From Candidatus Thorarchaeota archaeon (GTDB taxonomy: Archaea > Asgardarchaeota > Thorarchaeia > Thorarchaeales > Thorarchaeaceae): a DNA stretch of 64,000 nt. Below, piece after piece: positions 43,108-53,663 of this stretch. The stretch is taken from NCBI GenBank assembly GCA_963726195.1, contig CAVSBO010000005.1:160001-224000 (forward strand), given 5' to 3'. Numbering within the stretch: the first letter of the stretch is position 1; each line of letters starts with the position of its first letter. The position numbers and the translations under genes were made by a program. A model generated the notes under the pieces. That model ran no database searches. It was not told where the DNA came from and saw nothing but the letters and a program-made list of their open reading frames with translations.

Positions 43108-44321
43108 TACTTGCGCACCCCCAGGGTTTCATAGAGAGGCGCCTTGCCTTTCTCTAGATACTGCTTTGTCTTGTTGTAACCATCAACAAGAGTGGAAGGC
43201 GGAACATCGCGTCCTCCAAGGCCAATGACGAAGTCTGTGACCAATGGTCTCTTTGGCTGGTCGTACAATGCCGCCCTTACTTCCAGAGCCAGAGGATTTG
43301 TGGCCGCTCCGAATGAAAGGCACTTCTCGAAAACAGCTACGGCTTTTGCAGATGCAAGTTCCTTACCGACCTCTGCCGCCGGGAAGGGCCTGAATAGCTT
43401 CAGTCTGAGCAGGCCAACTTTCTCACCTTGACCACGAAGCGCATCAACGACCGCCTTAGCAGTTCCTGCTGGACTGCTGTGCGTTAGTATGATTGTATCA
43501 GCGTCCTTTGTCTTGTAGGTTTCGTACATACCGTAGGAGCGACCGGAAATCTTCTGAAACTCCGACTCGACTTCCTTGTAGACCTTGAAGACCTCTTTCA
43601 TCGCTCTATCTTCCTGTTCCTTCATTTCAAAGTAATAATCTGTAAGGCACAGGGGTCCTATTGTGGTAGGCTTGTCCGGATCTAGAGGCATGACTGGGTC
43701 CCTGACTCCGACGAAATCACGGACTACATCATCTGAAAGGAGCTCCACTCGCTCAACATTATGACTAAGAATGAAACCATCGATACAGACCATTGCAGGG
43801 AGCAGCACATTGTGGTTTTCAGCAATCCTGAATGACATTATGGTTGTATCATACGCTTCCTGAGAACTTTGGCAGTACATCTGAATGAAACCACTGTCGC
43901 GGGCACCATAGGAATCGCTCCAGTCGTTGTGGATGTTAATTGGGGCTGAGAGCGCACGATTGGCCACGGCCAAGATTATCGGCAGTCGCAAGCCGCTTGC
44001 ACAATAGAGTACTTCCCACATCAAAGCGAGCCCTGCTGATGCAGAGGCCGTGGCGACCCTAGCTCCGGCCGCGGATGCTCCGATACATGCAGACATTGCA
44101 CTGTGTTCTGACTCCACGGGTATGACCTTTGTTTTCACTTCGCCGTCCGCGAAGAAGTGCTGGTAATCTTCAACAATAATCGTCTGAGGTGTTATCGGAT
44201 AGGCCGAAAGAACGTCGATATCACACTGCTTCAACGCACGTGCTATCGCGGCGTCACCAGTAAGTCCCTCAACATTGCTGCTAATATGTGCAGTCTTTGA
44301 GCTTTTCGCTACTGCTGTCAT
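43107..44321 (-). CDS. porA: Pyruvate/2-oxoacid:ferredoxin oxidoreductase alpha subunit
   Basis: AYPITPQT, ESEHSAMS, NRALSAPINIH, GLGGRD; start at ATG 44321. Confidence 0.93.
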   Translation of the reverse strand: MTAVAKSSKTAHISSNVEGLTGDAAIARALKQCDIDVLSAYPITPQTIIVEDYQHFFADGEVKTKVIPVESEHSAMSACIGASAAGARVATASASAGLALMWEVLYCASGLRLPIILAVANRALSAPINIHNDWSDSYGARDSGFIQMYCQSSQEAYDTTIMSFRIAENHNVLLPAMVCIDGFILSHNVERVELLSDDVVRDFVGVRDPVMPLDPDKPTTIGPLCLTDYYFEMKEQEDRAMKEVFKVYKEVESEFQKISGRSYGMYETYKTKDADTIILTHSSPAGTAKAVVDALRGQGEKVGLLRLKLFRPFPAAEVGKELASAKAVAVFEKCLSFGAATNPLALEVRAALYDQPKRPLVTDFVIGLGGRDVPPSTLVDGYNKTKQYLEKGKAPLYETLGVRK

Positions 44322-44325
44322 TCCA

Positions 44326-44622
44326 TCATTCACTCTCCATTTCGATGCAGGAATTGGGACATACATTTGAGCAGATTCCACAACCCTTGCAGTAGTCATA
44401 GTCAAAGTCATAGAGGTACTTGCCGTCCTTCTCGGTGAGCTTGACGGCGTTGTCTGGGCAGTATATCCAGCACAGCCCACAAGTCCCATTCTTCAACCAT
44501 AGACAGTTGTCAGGAGTGTGCTTCGGGCGCTCGGCTCTCCACCCACCGGTTTTGTACTCCATTGCATTGCCGGGCTCAATTATGTTGCCGCCCATTGGTA
44601 TCTCGCTGAACTTCTTACTCAA
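44326..44622 (-). CDS. porD: Oxidoreductase delta subunit (2x[4Fe-4S])
   Basis: KTGGWR, CGLCWIYCPD, YCKGCGICSNVCP. Confidence 0.93.
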   Translation of the reverse strand: MSKKFSEIPMGGNIIEPGNAMEYKTGGWRAERPKHTPDNCLWLKNGTCGLCWIYCPDNAVKLTEKDGKYLYDFDYDYCKGCGICSNVCPNSCIEMESE

Positions 44623-45194
44623 CCGACTTTCGCCTCCGAAGCTGCTCTTTCCATTGCTGTCTTATTCAGGTCTCCAACTTTGCCGGGATATCGATTCAGC
44701 ACTTCGCCAATTACCGTCTCAAGCTTGACTGCACCTGTCATCTTTACCGCTGCGGCAAGCATTGGCATATTATAGAAAGGCCGACCGAGAATCTGCATAG
44801 CGATTGTACTCGCATCGACTGTTACGACCTTTCCTGTCTTCAGACCAAGCTTCTTCCTCGTCTGGTCTGGCGTCATCGAGGTGTTCAGCACTAGTATACC
44901 ATCCTTCTTTAGTCCCTCACCTGGATTAACCACATCGACAAGTGTTGGATCAATACATACGACGATGTCAGGTTGGTACACCTGTGCATAAATCGTGATG
45001 GGCTTCTTGCTAATCCTGAGAAAAGCCCTGACCGGAGCTCCAGTGCGCTCGGGTCCGAACTCGGGAAAGGCCTGAATGTAGTTTCCTTCTGACAGAGCTG
45101 CCTTACCGAGCATCTGATTGCTCGTGACGACACCTTGGCCGCCACGACCATGCCACCGTACCTCAGTGATTCCTTTAGTAAAATCAAGGGCCAT
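44619..45194 (-). CDS. porG: Oxidoreductase gamma subunit
   Basis: EVRWHGRGGQG, FGPERTGAP. Confidence 0.93.
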   Translation of the reverse strand: MALDFTKGITEVRWHGRGGQGVVTSNQMLGKAALSEGNYIQAFPEFGPERTGAPVRAFLRISKKPITIYAQVYQPDIVVCIDPTLVDVVNPGEGLKKDGILVLNTSMTPDQTRKKLGLKTGKVVTVDASTIAMQILGRPFYNMPMLAAAVKMTGAVKLETVIGEVLNRYPGKVGDLNKTAMERAASEAKVG

Positions 45195-45346
45195 AGCCTA
45201 CATCACTACCTACGGGAGAGAAGCGACTGGCCCGGCTCCCTTGGTATGCTTATGTATCTTATTATTAGCCCACATCTCTAGGCTATCATTCTTGGCCAAT
45301 CTGGGAATCAGGCCTTGAGGACTGCTTCAGTCAGTTTTCTCAGGCA

Positions 45347-45721
45347 CTAGGATGACGGGGGCATGACAACAATCTGGACGCTCGTTATCGTCTTGCCCTC
45401 CTTGTCGCTCGCGTCAAAAGTATCGAACGCCATCTCATACCTGAAGCGTTGTTCGCGCACCTTGAGCTCGTGTGCGACTCGAACGGCGAGACCGATACCC
45501 TTGAATCCGTATCCCCTAATCGCGACGATTCTCTTGTCATTCCTCACAAGACCATGTACTGTCAAAGCTACCTTCGGTACGTTGACCTTCTCAGCTGTAG
45601 GTGAAATCTCCAAAAGGACGTACTCGCTTGTGGGAAAGACGCTAATATCCTCGTTCAGAGTGATGCCGATTATCCTGTCTCCAAGTCTCAGCTGTTCAGG
45701 TATTCTCTCTTGGAGGGACAT
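45347..45721 (-). CDS. Alba-like nucleic-acid-binding protein (divergent)
   Basis: VAIRGYGFKGIGLAVRVAHEL...ITSVQIVV parallels Alba VIKARGRAISRAVDVAE...VSTIEIVL. Confidence 0.55.
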   Translation of the reverse strand: MSLQERIPEQLRLGDRIIGITLNEDISVFPTSEYVLLEISPTAEKVNVPKVALTVHGLVRNDKRIVAIRGYGFKGIGLAVRVAHELKVREQRFRYEMAFDTFDASDKEGKTITSVQIVVMPPSS

Positions 45722-45862
45722 GATTGGGAGCGTTCCAGCAGGGGTCTAAAGTACTTGCCGTTTGTTGCCACTCGAATGCCATGCTTAATAGCCTGTCTCG
45801 CAATCATTAAATCTCGGGAGCCACGAATTGCGGCAGAAGCTCTGAAAGGAAGAAGTTCCACA

Positions 45863-46855
45863 ATGGAGTCCAAGAAACCCCTTGCAGTCATTCTTGCGAT
45901 TTTTGCGGTGACATCTCTGGCAGCCGTTGCGATTTGGTACCCTAGACCTGCGGCAGGAGTTAACATTAGGATAGGTTACCTCAGTCAGGATTTGCATCAG
46001 CTGGCTCTAAGAGTCGCCATCGAGAAGGGATGGTTTGCAGAAGAGGGTATCAACGTTACACTCTTTCAGTACCAGAATGGTGCCTATGAGATGGATGGTT
46101 TTCTTGGCGGGCAAATCGACGTTGGGTACTTGGGCATAGCACCTGCACTTACCAAGAGCATTAACCAAGGAATCAATATCACCGTTTTAGCGACCGCCAA
46201 TCTTGAGGGTTCGTCAATCATGGCGCTTAAGTCCGAGTATGATGCCGGACGAATAACTAACATGACCGGTCTTGTCAATAAGACAATCCTCGAGCCGGGG
46301 CCATCAAGTGTTCAGACCTTCCTCCTCAGACTAGCATTGAACCAGTCTGGGCTCTCGGTTTCGCAGGTAACTCTTGAGCAAGCTACTCCTCAAAACATGG
46401 GCATGTCACTTACAGCGGACAAGCCTGCGTTCATCGCTTGGGAACCATACTGTGCGCTGGCGCAGTACAACGGTCAGGCTGTTCCAATCTTGTCCTCACA
46501 TGACATATGGGCGAGGCATCCGTGCTGCGTACTCGCAGTGTCGAACGCATTTCTCAAGGCAAGTCCCGACATCGTACAGAAGATCGTTGATATTCACAAA
46601 CGGGCTGAACAGTGGATTGTGGCAAATCCAGTTGACGCAGTAAACGTTGCCGTGCAGTGGCTGCAGATTGCGACCACACCGGTACAGAACGCTTTCAATG
46701 GTATCATATACGAGTACGCCCTGAACCGCACCGCTTTCGAGAAGTACCTGAGCTTCCTCATTAGTCAGCACTATGCTACCATGGATCCCTCTGGAATCAG
46801 CGCTTTCTTGAATCGTTTCATTAATAGCACCTTCATTGAACATACTACTACTTAG
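45863..46855 (+). CDS. ABC substrate-binding protein, NitT/TauT/SsuA family
   Basis: N-terminal anchor, IRIGYL, AWEP, HPCCVL. Confidence 0.88.
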   Translation: MESKKPLAVILAIFAVTSLAAVAIWYPRPAAGVNIRIGYLSQDLHQLALRVAIEKGWFAEEGINVTLFQYQNGAYEMDGFLGGQIDVGYLGIAPALTKSINQGINITVLATANLEGSSIMALKSEYDAGRITNMTGLVNKTILEPGPSSVQTFLLRLALNQSGLSVSQVTLEQATPQNMGMSLTADKPAFIAWEPYCALAQYNGQAVPILSSHDIWARHPCCVLAVSNAFLKASPDIVQKIVDIHKRAEQWIVANPVDAVNVAVQWLQIATTPVQNAFNGIIYEYALNRTAFEKYLSFLISQHYATMDPSGISAFLNRFINSTFIEHTTT

Positions 46856-46950
46856 TGTCACGTCCAAAAAGGAGAACACAATCAGTGGAGCGGCTTTGTG
46901 AAGCTATCAAGTGCTCCAATTCCGAAACATGATTGAGCGGGTGAAGAGAC

Positions 46951-47748
46951 GTGGATGGCTCGCACAGAAAGGGACACAAAGTGAGATTTTCTGACATTCT
47001 GCTCAAGGCGGTGCTTCCCCTCCTAATCCTTCTGGCCATCTGGCAGTTCATCGCATATGTTTCTCAAGGCATAAATCTCTTCGACATTACATCTTCCTTC
47101 ATTAAGCTGGTTGTCCAAGGCGATGCGGATGGAACCACGCTTGCCCAGCATACCGCAATCAGTATGCTCCGGGTCACGTTGGGGTTTGGCGCTGCCGCCG
47201 TCACGGCAATTCCACTCGGCGTCATCGTCGGCCGCTACCGTGCTCTGAACATGGTTCTGGGTCCCGTCGTTGATGCCATGCGCCCTATTCCTCCTATTGC
47301 GTGGATTCCTCTCTCGATTCTGATGTTCAGGACGAATATCCTTGGTGCTCAGGTTTTCATAATCTGGGTGGGTGCATTCTTTCCCATATTGCTCAACACT
47401 ATTGCTGGAGTGAAGAGAACTAGCATCGTTCATCTTGAAGTAGCTCAGACATTCGGAGCGAAGGAAGGGCAGGTGCTTTCGAAAGTCATCCTGCCATCCG
47501 CTGCGCCAGAGATAATGGCTGGTCTTCGAATCGGCTTCGGTATTGGCTGGATGTGTCTCGTTGCAGCTGAAATGATAGGAGGAGGTCTTGGTCTCGGTTA
47601 TCTCGTAATCCTCGCAGAGCAACTTGGTAGGACCGGCGAAACGATTTCCGCCATGCTCATGATTGGTTTCATTGGTTTCGCAATCAGCTACGTACTACTT
47701 CGACTTGAGAAATCGCTGCTCAGATGGAGAGTGGAGGTTGCCATCTAG
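46951..47748 (+). CDS. ABC permease, NitT/TauT family
   Basis: RPIPPIAWIPL, EAA-like loop (EVAQTFGA), LVAAEM. Confidence 0.92.
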   Translation: MDGSHRKGHKVRFSDILLKAVLPLLILLAIWQFIAYVSQGINLFDITSSFIKLVVQGDADGTTLAQHTAISMLRVTLGFGAAAVTAIPLGVIVGRYRALNMVLGPVVDAMRPIPPIAWIPLSILMFRTNILGAQVFIIWVGAFFPILLNTIAGVKRTSIVHLEVAQTFGAKEGQVLSKVILPSAAPEIMAGLRIGFGIGWMCLVAAEMIGGGLGLGYLVILAEQLGRTGETISAMLMIGFIGFAISYVLLRLEKSLLRWRVEVAI

Positions 47749-48545
47749 GGTCTTCTTATGTGCATTGCTTTTTCTTGCTCTACTCTAAGTAGCTCTAGTA
47801 TTCTCGCCCGGTAGGAGAGACACTCTGTTGAGGTTCTGTCCCGTGGCCTAGGCAGATCGATAACGAACTCTTCGATTATGTGAGCAGGTATGTTGCTCAA
47901 AAGTATAACCCGGTCCGACATGAATACGGCTTCGTCAACGTTGTGGGACACGAATATGATTGTGGAACCTGTCTCTTGCCATATTCTGAGGAACTCCTCC
48001 TGCAAGTAGTTCCTCGTCTGAGCGTCAAGATTTGAAAAGCACTCGTCAGAGACTAGAATGTCGGGAGACGTAACGAGGCTGCGTGCCATTTCGGTTTTTC
48101 GAGCTTGCCCTCCTGAGATTTCGTGAGGCAGATTCTTTTCGAATTCTTTCATTCCGACTAGGCTCAGCATTTGGTCAACTAGGCGCTTCCTCTCCTCAGG
48201 ATTATGATGTTCGACTTCAAGGCCAAATTCAATGTTCTTTCGGACGGTTCTCCAAGGAAAGAGGCTTTCTTGCTGAAAGATGAAGCCAACGCGATGATGT
48301 CCAGTCGCGGCTGGGACGCCATCAAACAAGACTTCGCCACTATCAGCTTGGAGGAGTCCCGCTATGATCTTCAAAAGAGTAGTCTTACCGCACCCCGACG
48401 GGCCCAGTATACTCAGGAATTCCCCCTTCTGAACGTCAAACGAAATCTCGTCTAGAACCTTGGTCTCTTCCAGGTTGTCGCTGAAGTATGACTTCTTGAG
48501 ATTTCGGACCGAGAGTTTCGGCAATTCCACACCAGCCACAATCAT
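47745..48545 (-). CDS. ABC ATP-binding protein, NitT/TauT family, convergent with its permease
   Basis: GPSGCGKT, LFPWRTV, ISGGQ, HNVDEAVFMSDR. Confidence 0.92.
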   Translation of the reverse strand: MIVAGVELPKLSVRNLKKSYFSDNLEETKVLDEISFDVQKGEFLSILGPSGCGKTTLLKIIAGLLQADSGEVLFDGVPAATGHHRVGFIFQQESLFPWRTVRKNIEFGLEVEHHNPEERKRLVDQMLSLVGMKEFEKNLPHEISGGQARKTEMARSLVTSPDILVSDECFSNLDAQTRNYLQEEFLRIWQETGSTIIFVSHNVDEAVFMSDRVILLSNIPAHIIEEFVIDLPRPRDRTSTECLSYRARILELLRVEQEKAMHIRRP

Positions 48546-48677
48546 GTTGGTCCCGTTAAATAGTGTATTGCAGCATGCGCAAATCCTGCTTCAACCGCGC
48601 AAAGTAGAAAAGGACACCAGACGCCCATGATACAATAATCATTCAGTTCGCTTTGATGTTCAGCCGCTCTAAGCGAA

Positions 48678-51044
48678 GTGCCAGCCGCGAATGGAAGGCG
48701 AAATCAGTTGGATTCACCAAGAGTTCTGTTTGAGATCAAGGATGACGTGAGCACAAGTGCTATCGCTGTGGGGGACCTTGCAGGCTCGCCACTGCCTGAG
48801 TTATGCACTGGTGGTCGTGATGGAGTGCTCCGCGTCTATAGCGCAGACAAGACTGGGGTTGAGTTCCTAGCCCAGCACAACGTCGAGGGAAGCATCCTAT
48901 CAATTGAAATCGCCGACGCAAACAACGACAACCAAAACGAACTAGTAGTTGGCAGAAGTCTGGGTCCTCACGACGTTGCTGGCGAAGCCGGGACACTCCA
49001 GATTTATCGAATTACGTCCGCGAATGCATTCGAGCTTCTGGCTGAATACCCTGTCGACCGCTTTGTGACAACTGTTCACGTTACGGATGTCACGGGTGAC
49101 GAGAAGAACAAGATACTCGCGGGCGGGAGCGACTCCACTTTGAGAGTCTTTGAAATGGACGGCGAGAATAACCTGCGTGAGTTTGCTCGTTACCAACTTG
49201 AAGACATGCCAATCACGATTGGCACCTGTGACGTCGATGGTGACGAAATCGACGAGATAGTCACAGGTAACCGCGACAAGACGCTACGCGTGTTCAGGGT
49301 TAAGGACAACTCCATCGAGCAGATGGACGTCATGAATTTGCCCAGCCCTGTCGTGTCCATTGCTTCCGGTGACTTGCTTGGAGATCGCAAGATGGAGCTT
49401 GCAGTTGTGACCTACGATGGATCAATCAGGGTCTATCGCAACGAAGAGAACAAGCTTGAGCTCTTTTCTATGCTTGAAAAGGTCAAGGCTCTCTCTGTGA
49501 GGATTGAGGAGCTGAATGCTGACCACTTGGATGAATTGGTTGTTGCTACTTCAGACGCAAGAATCGTCTTCTATAATGTCCAAGCGGCGGAGCTGCAAGA
49601 ATTGGCAGTAGTCAACATTGGAACTAAGATTCTTGCAATCAGCGTGGGTGATGCTAACGGGAATGGCCGCAAGGAGGTCTTGGTCGGCGTATCCAACGCC
49701 CCATTGAAGGTGGTCGATGGTCTGTACACCATCATACCGAAGTTTGAGGTCAGTACTGAGGCAATGGCTGGCAGCCAACTCACCGGCATGTTCACGATAA
49801 CAAACGTTTCAGACAAGCAGGTGAGTGGAATCTCAGGGAAGGTTTACTGGTTCCCGAAGAGCGACATGGAAATCACTCCTCAGCAACTTCGGTTTGACTT
49901 GGAACCGCATGAGACAAAAGCGACTGAGTTGCAGCTCACGCCCAATGTTGAAGGAACTATCATCGTGAGACCCATAGTTATGATGTGGACTGATATCACT
50001 GGCCAAGTTAGACAGGCCACCACGCCTGAGACACCGATACTGGTACAGGGCGGTAGTGCAATTGCAGTACCTGTTGCTAGCACTCGGATTGTCGCCGCTT
50101 CTGAGCCTGAGCCTGTGGCACCTGAAATTGAGGATGAGTTATCGTATGAACCGATGGTTGGCACCGGTTTTGGTGCGGTACACGCAGCCGAAGCTGAGAT
50201 GCCATCAGATGAGGCGGCTGTTTCAGCTAGCACCGAAGAGACGCTCAAAGCTGCAGAAGAGCTTCTGGAGAGGATCTTCGACGAGTCTCCAAGACAGGTG
50301 GAACTGAGCAGAATAACGACCGAGTCTATTAGTGAAGAAGAGACAGAAGAACTGACGGTGGCGCCCTCCGTTGCAGGCCTGAATGAGAGTGCGATTGTTG
50401 CAGAGATACGTGGGCGCAAAGCGAAGCCGCCGAAACCAGGTATGACATCGGATGGCTATAGCTATCTCTTCAAGACAATGGTGATTGGCGAGGGTGCTGT
50501 CGGCAAGACCGCCCTTGTAAGCCGATTTACCACTGGGCAATTTGAGAAGGATTACAAGACTACCATAGGTTCGCAGTTTGCAGTGAAGCTGACATACATC
50601 TCGCCGACTGATTCTGAGTATGCCGTAGGAATCAAGATTCAGGCGTGGGATGTTGCTGGGCAGGCGCGCTTCAAGGCCGTTCGCAAGATGTACTACAGCG
50701 GGGCAGCTGGGGTTATTCTCGTCTTCGATGTCACCCGACGGAGATCATTCACTGAGCTCGTCAAATGGGTCGAGGAATCTGATGATTCAGTTGGCGGACG
50801 TGTTCCGATGGTCTGTGTTGGCAACAAGATTGACTTGCCAGACAGGGCGGTTCCCGGTGATGAGGCCAAGCAATGGGCCGAGTCGCAAGGGTTCATCTAC
50901 ATGGAGAGCAGCGCCAAGACCGGAGAAGGAGTGGCCGATATGTTCTCAGTGCTGGCAGAGCTTATGTGGACAGAGACCCGCAAAATGACTGATTCAAAGA
51001 AGTCTGGCGATAGCAAGAAGAGTGGAGAAGGCAAGAAGCGCTAG
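48678..51044 (+). CDS. FG-GAP beta-propeller + Ig-like domain + acidic linker + Rab-like small GTPase fusion
   Basis: About seven DxxGD-type loops; G1 GEGAVGKT, G2 TIG, G3 WDVAGQ, G4 NKID, G5 ESSAK. Confidence 0.9.
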   Translation: MPAANGRRNQLDSPRVLFEIKDDVSTSAIAVGDLAGSPLPELCTGGRDGVLRVYSADKTGVEFLAQHNVEGSILSIEIADANNDNQNELVVGRSLGPHDVAGEAGTLQIYRITSANAFELLAEYPVDRFVTTVHVTDVTGDEKNKILAGGSDSTLRVFEMDGENNLREFARYQLEDMPITIGTCDVDGDEIDEIVTGNRDKTLRVFRVKDNSIEQMDVMNLPSPVVSIASGDLLGDRKMELAVVTYDGSIRVYRNEENKLELFSMLEKVKALSVRIEELNADHLDELVVATSDARIVFYNVQAAELQELAVVNIGTKILAISVGDANGNGRKEVLVGVSNAPLKVVDGLYTIIPKFEVSTEAMAGSQLTGMFTITNVSDKQVSGISGKVYWFPKSDMEITPQQLRFDLEPHETKATELQLTPNVEGTIIVRPIVMMWTDITGQVRQATTPETPILVQGGSAIAVPVASTRIVAASEPEPVAPEIEDELSYEPMVGTGFGAVHAAEAEMPSDEAAVSASTEETLKAAEELLERIFDESPRQVELSRITTESISEEETEELTVAPSVAGLNESAIVAEIRGRKAKPPKPGMTSDGYSYLFKTMVIGEGAVGKTALVSRFTTGQFEKDYKTTIGSQFAVKLTYISPTDSEYAVGIKIQAWDVAGQARFKAVRKMYYSGAAGVILVFDVTRRRSFTELVKWVEESDDSVGGRVPMVCVGNKIDLPDRAVPGDEAKQWAESQGFIYMESSAKTGEGVADMFSVLAELMWTETRKMTDSKKSGDSKKSGEGKKR

Positions 51045-51067
51045 TCGCTTGCTCTGCACGAAAGTCC

Positions 51068-51667
51068 TCAGTGTTTCACGGCTTCGAACCCGGCGTCGAA
51101 CGCGGTCAGGTTGGCTTCCTTAGGCGTCATGAGCTTGCCCACGGACTCCCTGATTTGAGCATCTTTGATTGGCAGCTTCTCGACTGCAGCTCCTGCACCC
51201 AGCACGAAGGAGTTCAGGGCGCGTGAACCGCTTGATTCCTGAAAAGCCCTCGACAACTCAACAGGATGAATTGCGGAACATATGGAGGATAGAGCTTCGA
51301 TAATGTCATCTACGGACGGATACTTGCTCTGACCCGATAGAGACTGCAAGGTCTGTACGGGACTGAGACTCACAATAATAGCTGTGGTTCTTCCAGCGTA
51401 TGATACCGCAGCTCGCAGAGATTCCATGGGTTCGAGCCCTAGTATTAAGTCTGCCATGCCTGCCGGTATCAGGGGTCCGACATCATCAGTTGCTATTCGA
51501 ACGTGAGTGAAGACCGTGCCGCCCCTACGAGATGCGCCAAAGGTTTCTCCTATGACCGGCCTGTACCCTGCTGAGAATGCAGCGTCTGCTAGTACTCGGC
51601 CGGAGAGAAGGTTACCCTGTCCCCCTACTCCAGCTATGATCACATTACAGGGTCTTTGCAGATTCAT
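51068..51667 (-). CDS. iorB: Indolepyruvate:ferredoxin oxidoreductase beta subunit
   Basis: AGVGGQG, GASRRGG, LEPMESLR, NLTAFDAG. Confidence 0.88.
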   Translation of the reverse strand: MNLQRPCNVIIAGVGGQGNLLSGRVLADAAFSAGYRPVIGETFGASRRGGTVFTHVRIATDDVGPLIPAGMADLILGLEPMESLRAAVSYAGRTTAIIVSLSPVQTLQSLSGQSKYPSVDDIIEALSSICSAIHPVELSRAFQESSGSRALNSFVLGAGAAVEKLPIKDAQIRESVGKLMTPKEANLTAFDAGFEAVKH

Positions 51668-53542
51668 TCACCCCCGGATATGGCACCATGAGGACAGACG
51701 TCGATGCAGGCACCGCAGCGCACACACAGCTCATCAGAGATAATGGGTAGACCCCGTTCGAGATCCCAGCCGATTGCAGGGCAGCCGTACTGCGAGGCGC
51801 AGATTTTGCAGCTCTCACCATGACATAGTTGGTCGTTGATTACAACAGGCCCCTCGCTTTTCTTGGTCGCACCGTGACGCTCCTCCTCGAGCCTGCAAAC
51901 GCTGTTCAGGATGAGGACATTAAGTCCGCGTTTCTCTACAGTTGACCCGATGAGATTCATCACAGACTCGATATCTATGGCGTCACCTGTCGCCATGAAG
52001 TCGGGCTCGACTGCCTCGACCAGCTTGGCGATACTGACCCTTCGGTGGCCCTTCTCCTGCAACGCTGATCCCGGATGTGTCTGAAAACCGGTCATTGCAG
52101 TGGTTCCGTTGTCGAGTACTAGGAATGTGATGTCAGCATTCTTGTGCCTAGCGTTGACGAGAGCGGGCATACAAGCGTGAAAGAAAGTAGAGTCTCCAGC
52201 AACAGCGACAACTCGCGAGTCAAAGCCGAAACGACCCAGTTGTCCCAGCCCGCACGCTGTTCCGATACCTGAGCCCATAGCCTGCATCGTCTGCATTGCC
52301 TCATCGTAGAACACGCCCATCGAATAGCAGCCTATGTCTCCAGCCACCACAAGCCGGTCGCCGAGTCTTTTCCTTATTTTGCGGAGTACCCAGTATACGT
52401 TCCTGTGTGTACATCCTGCGCAGAACGTAAGAGGTCGAGGGATGAGCAACCTTCTCTGCCTTCTCGATTGCACTTAGTTCTGGCCGATGGCCTTTGCTGC
52501 TTCTTACCAGTCGCGTGTCCTTGAGCGCATGAAGGACGGTGTCAACGTTCATCTCGCCCCAACTTGGAATGGCGCCTGTCCGCTTGCCTAGGAACTGTGG
52601 GAGTGTCCCTCGTGCGAGGCTAGTAGCCAGTGCACGCGTTTCGTCTTCGATGAATGGGTCGGTCTCCTCAACAAATAGGACCTTCTTGGCTTTGAAGAGG
52701 GCCTTAGTAACCATGTGCATTGGGAGGGGATTAGTAGTAGTCAGTCCTAGGAATCCTATGTCAGAGGCTTCAGCAAGAGCAAGTGCTTCCTTAGCATAAA
52801 GACCGCAGATTCCTGAAGCGATCACGAGACCCTCCATATTCTTTGGTAGACTGTGCACATTCAGAGGCGATTTCTCAAACTCCGCCGCGATGAATGTGAG
52901 CTTGTCGAGAAGTTCTTTGTGCTTTACGGATGGTTGGGGCACGTTGTAGAGACCTTTTGGCAGAGGCCTCACAACGACTGGCGGTCGTTGAGATATGTCT
53001 CCAATCGTTACCACTCCTCGAGAGTGGCTTAGGCGTGTCGTGCTTCTAACAAGAACGGGTATCTCGTACTTCCTAGAGATATCGAGAGCGCTAAGCATGA
53101 CGTCCCTTGCCTGCTGACAGCTACTTGGTTCCAGCATCGGGAGCATTGCGGCCTTGGAGTAGAACCTTGAATCCTGTTCATTGCTCGAACTGTGCCCTTG
53201 GGGGTCATCACAGACAACAATGACTAAACCACCTTTTCCCGTGCCCGACAGGTTTACATTCAGCAGAAAGTCAGCCGCCACATTCAGGCCCAGCGACTTC
53301 ATGGGGCAGATTGCCGGCACCCCTGCCCAGCTTGCCCCGGCCGCCGCCTCGAGAGCAACCTTCTCATTGGCGCTCCACTCCACATAGAGGTTCAGCTTCT
53401 CGGCGCTGTCCATTATGCTCTCGGTTATCTCCGTAGAAGGAGTCCCCGGATAGGAAGCGCAGAAAGTTACTCCTGCCTCCATAGCCCCTCGAGCCATGGC
53501 CTCATTGCCGCTCATGACGATGGAAGAACCGGAATTCGCCAT
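51664..53542 (-). CDS. iorA: Indolepyruvate:ferredoxin oxidoreductase alpha subunit; frameshift near 52450
   Basis: GNEAMARG, YPGTPSTE, NEKVALE, NEQDSR, FCAGCTHR, GDIGCY, GDSTFFH, C-terminal ferredoxin. Confidence 0.92.
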
Positions 53543-53663
53543 CTGCTCAAGCTCTGTCCAGTGAGGTTGAGTACCAAAGAAAACGATTTCGGAATGTCTC
53601 GGATTGGCAGACACACGACGGAAACAATGAAAAGCCGAAGTCCGCGTCCACACTTGAGTCAAG

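Noticed and set aside
43107-44489. Long N-terminal extensions in the ORF track (porA; also 52301..53809, 59857..61272, 45710.., 61172..)
   Set aside because: They overlap neighbouring real genes; downstream starts match the family N-termini
47745-48545. Inversion or mobile element explaining the convergent ABC ATPase
   Set aside because: No inverted repeats, recombinase or transposase seen; only the orientation is unusual
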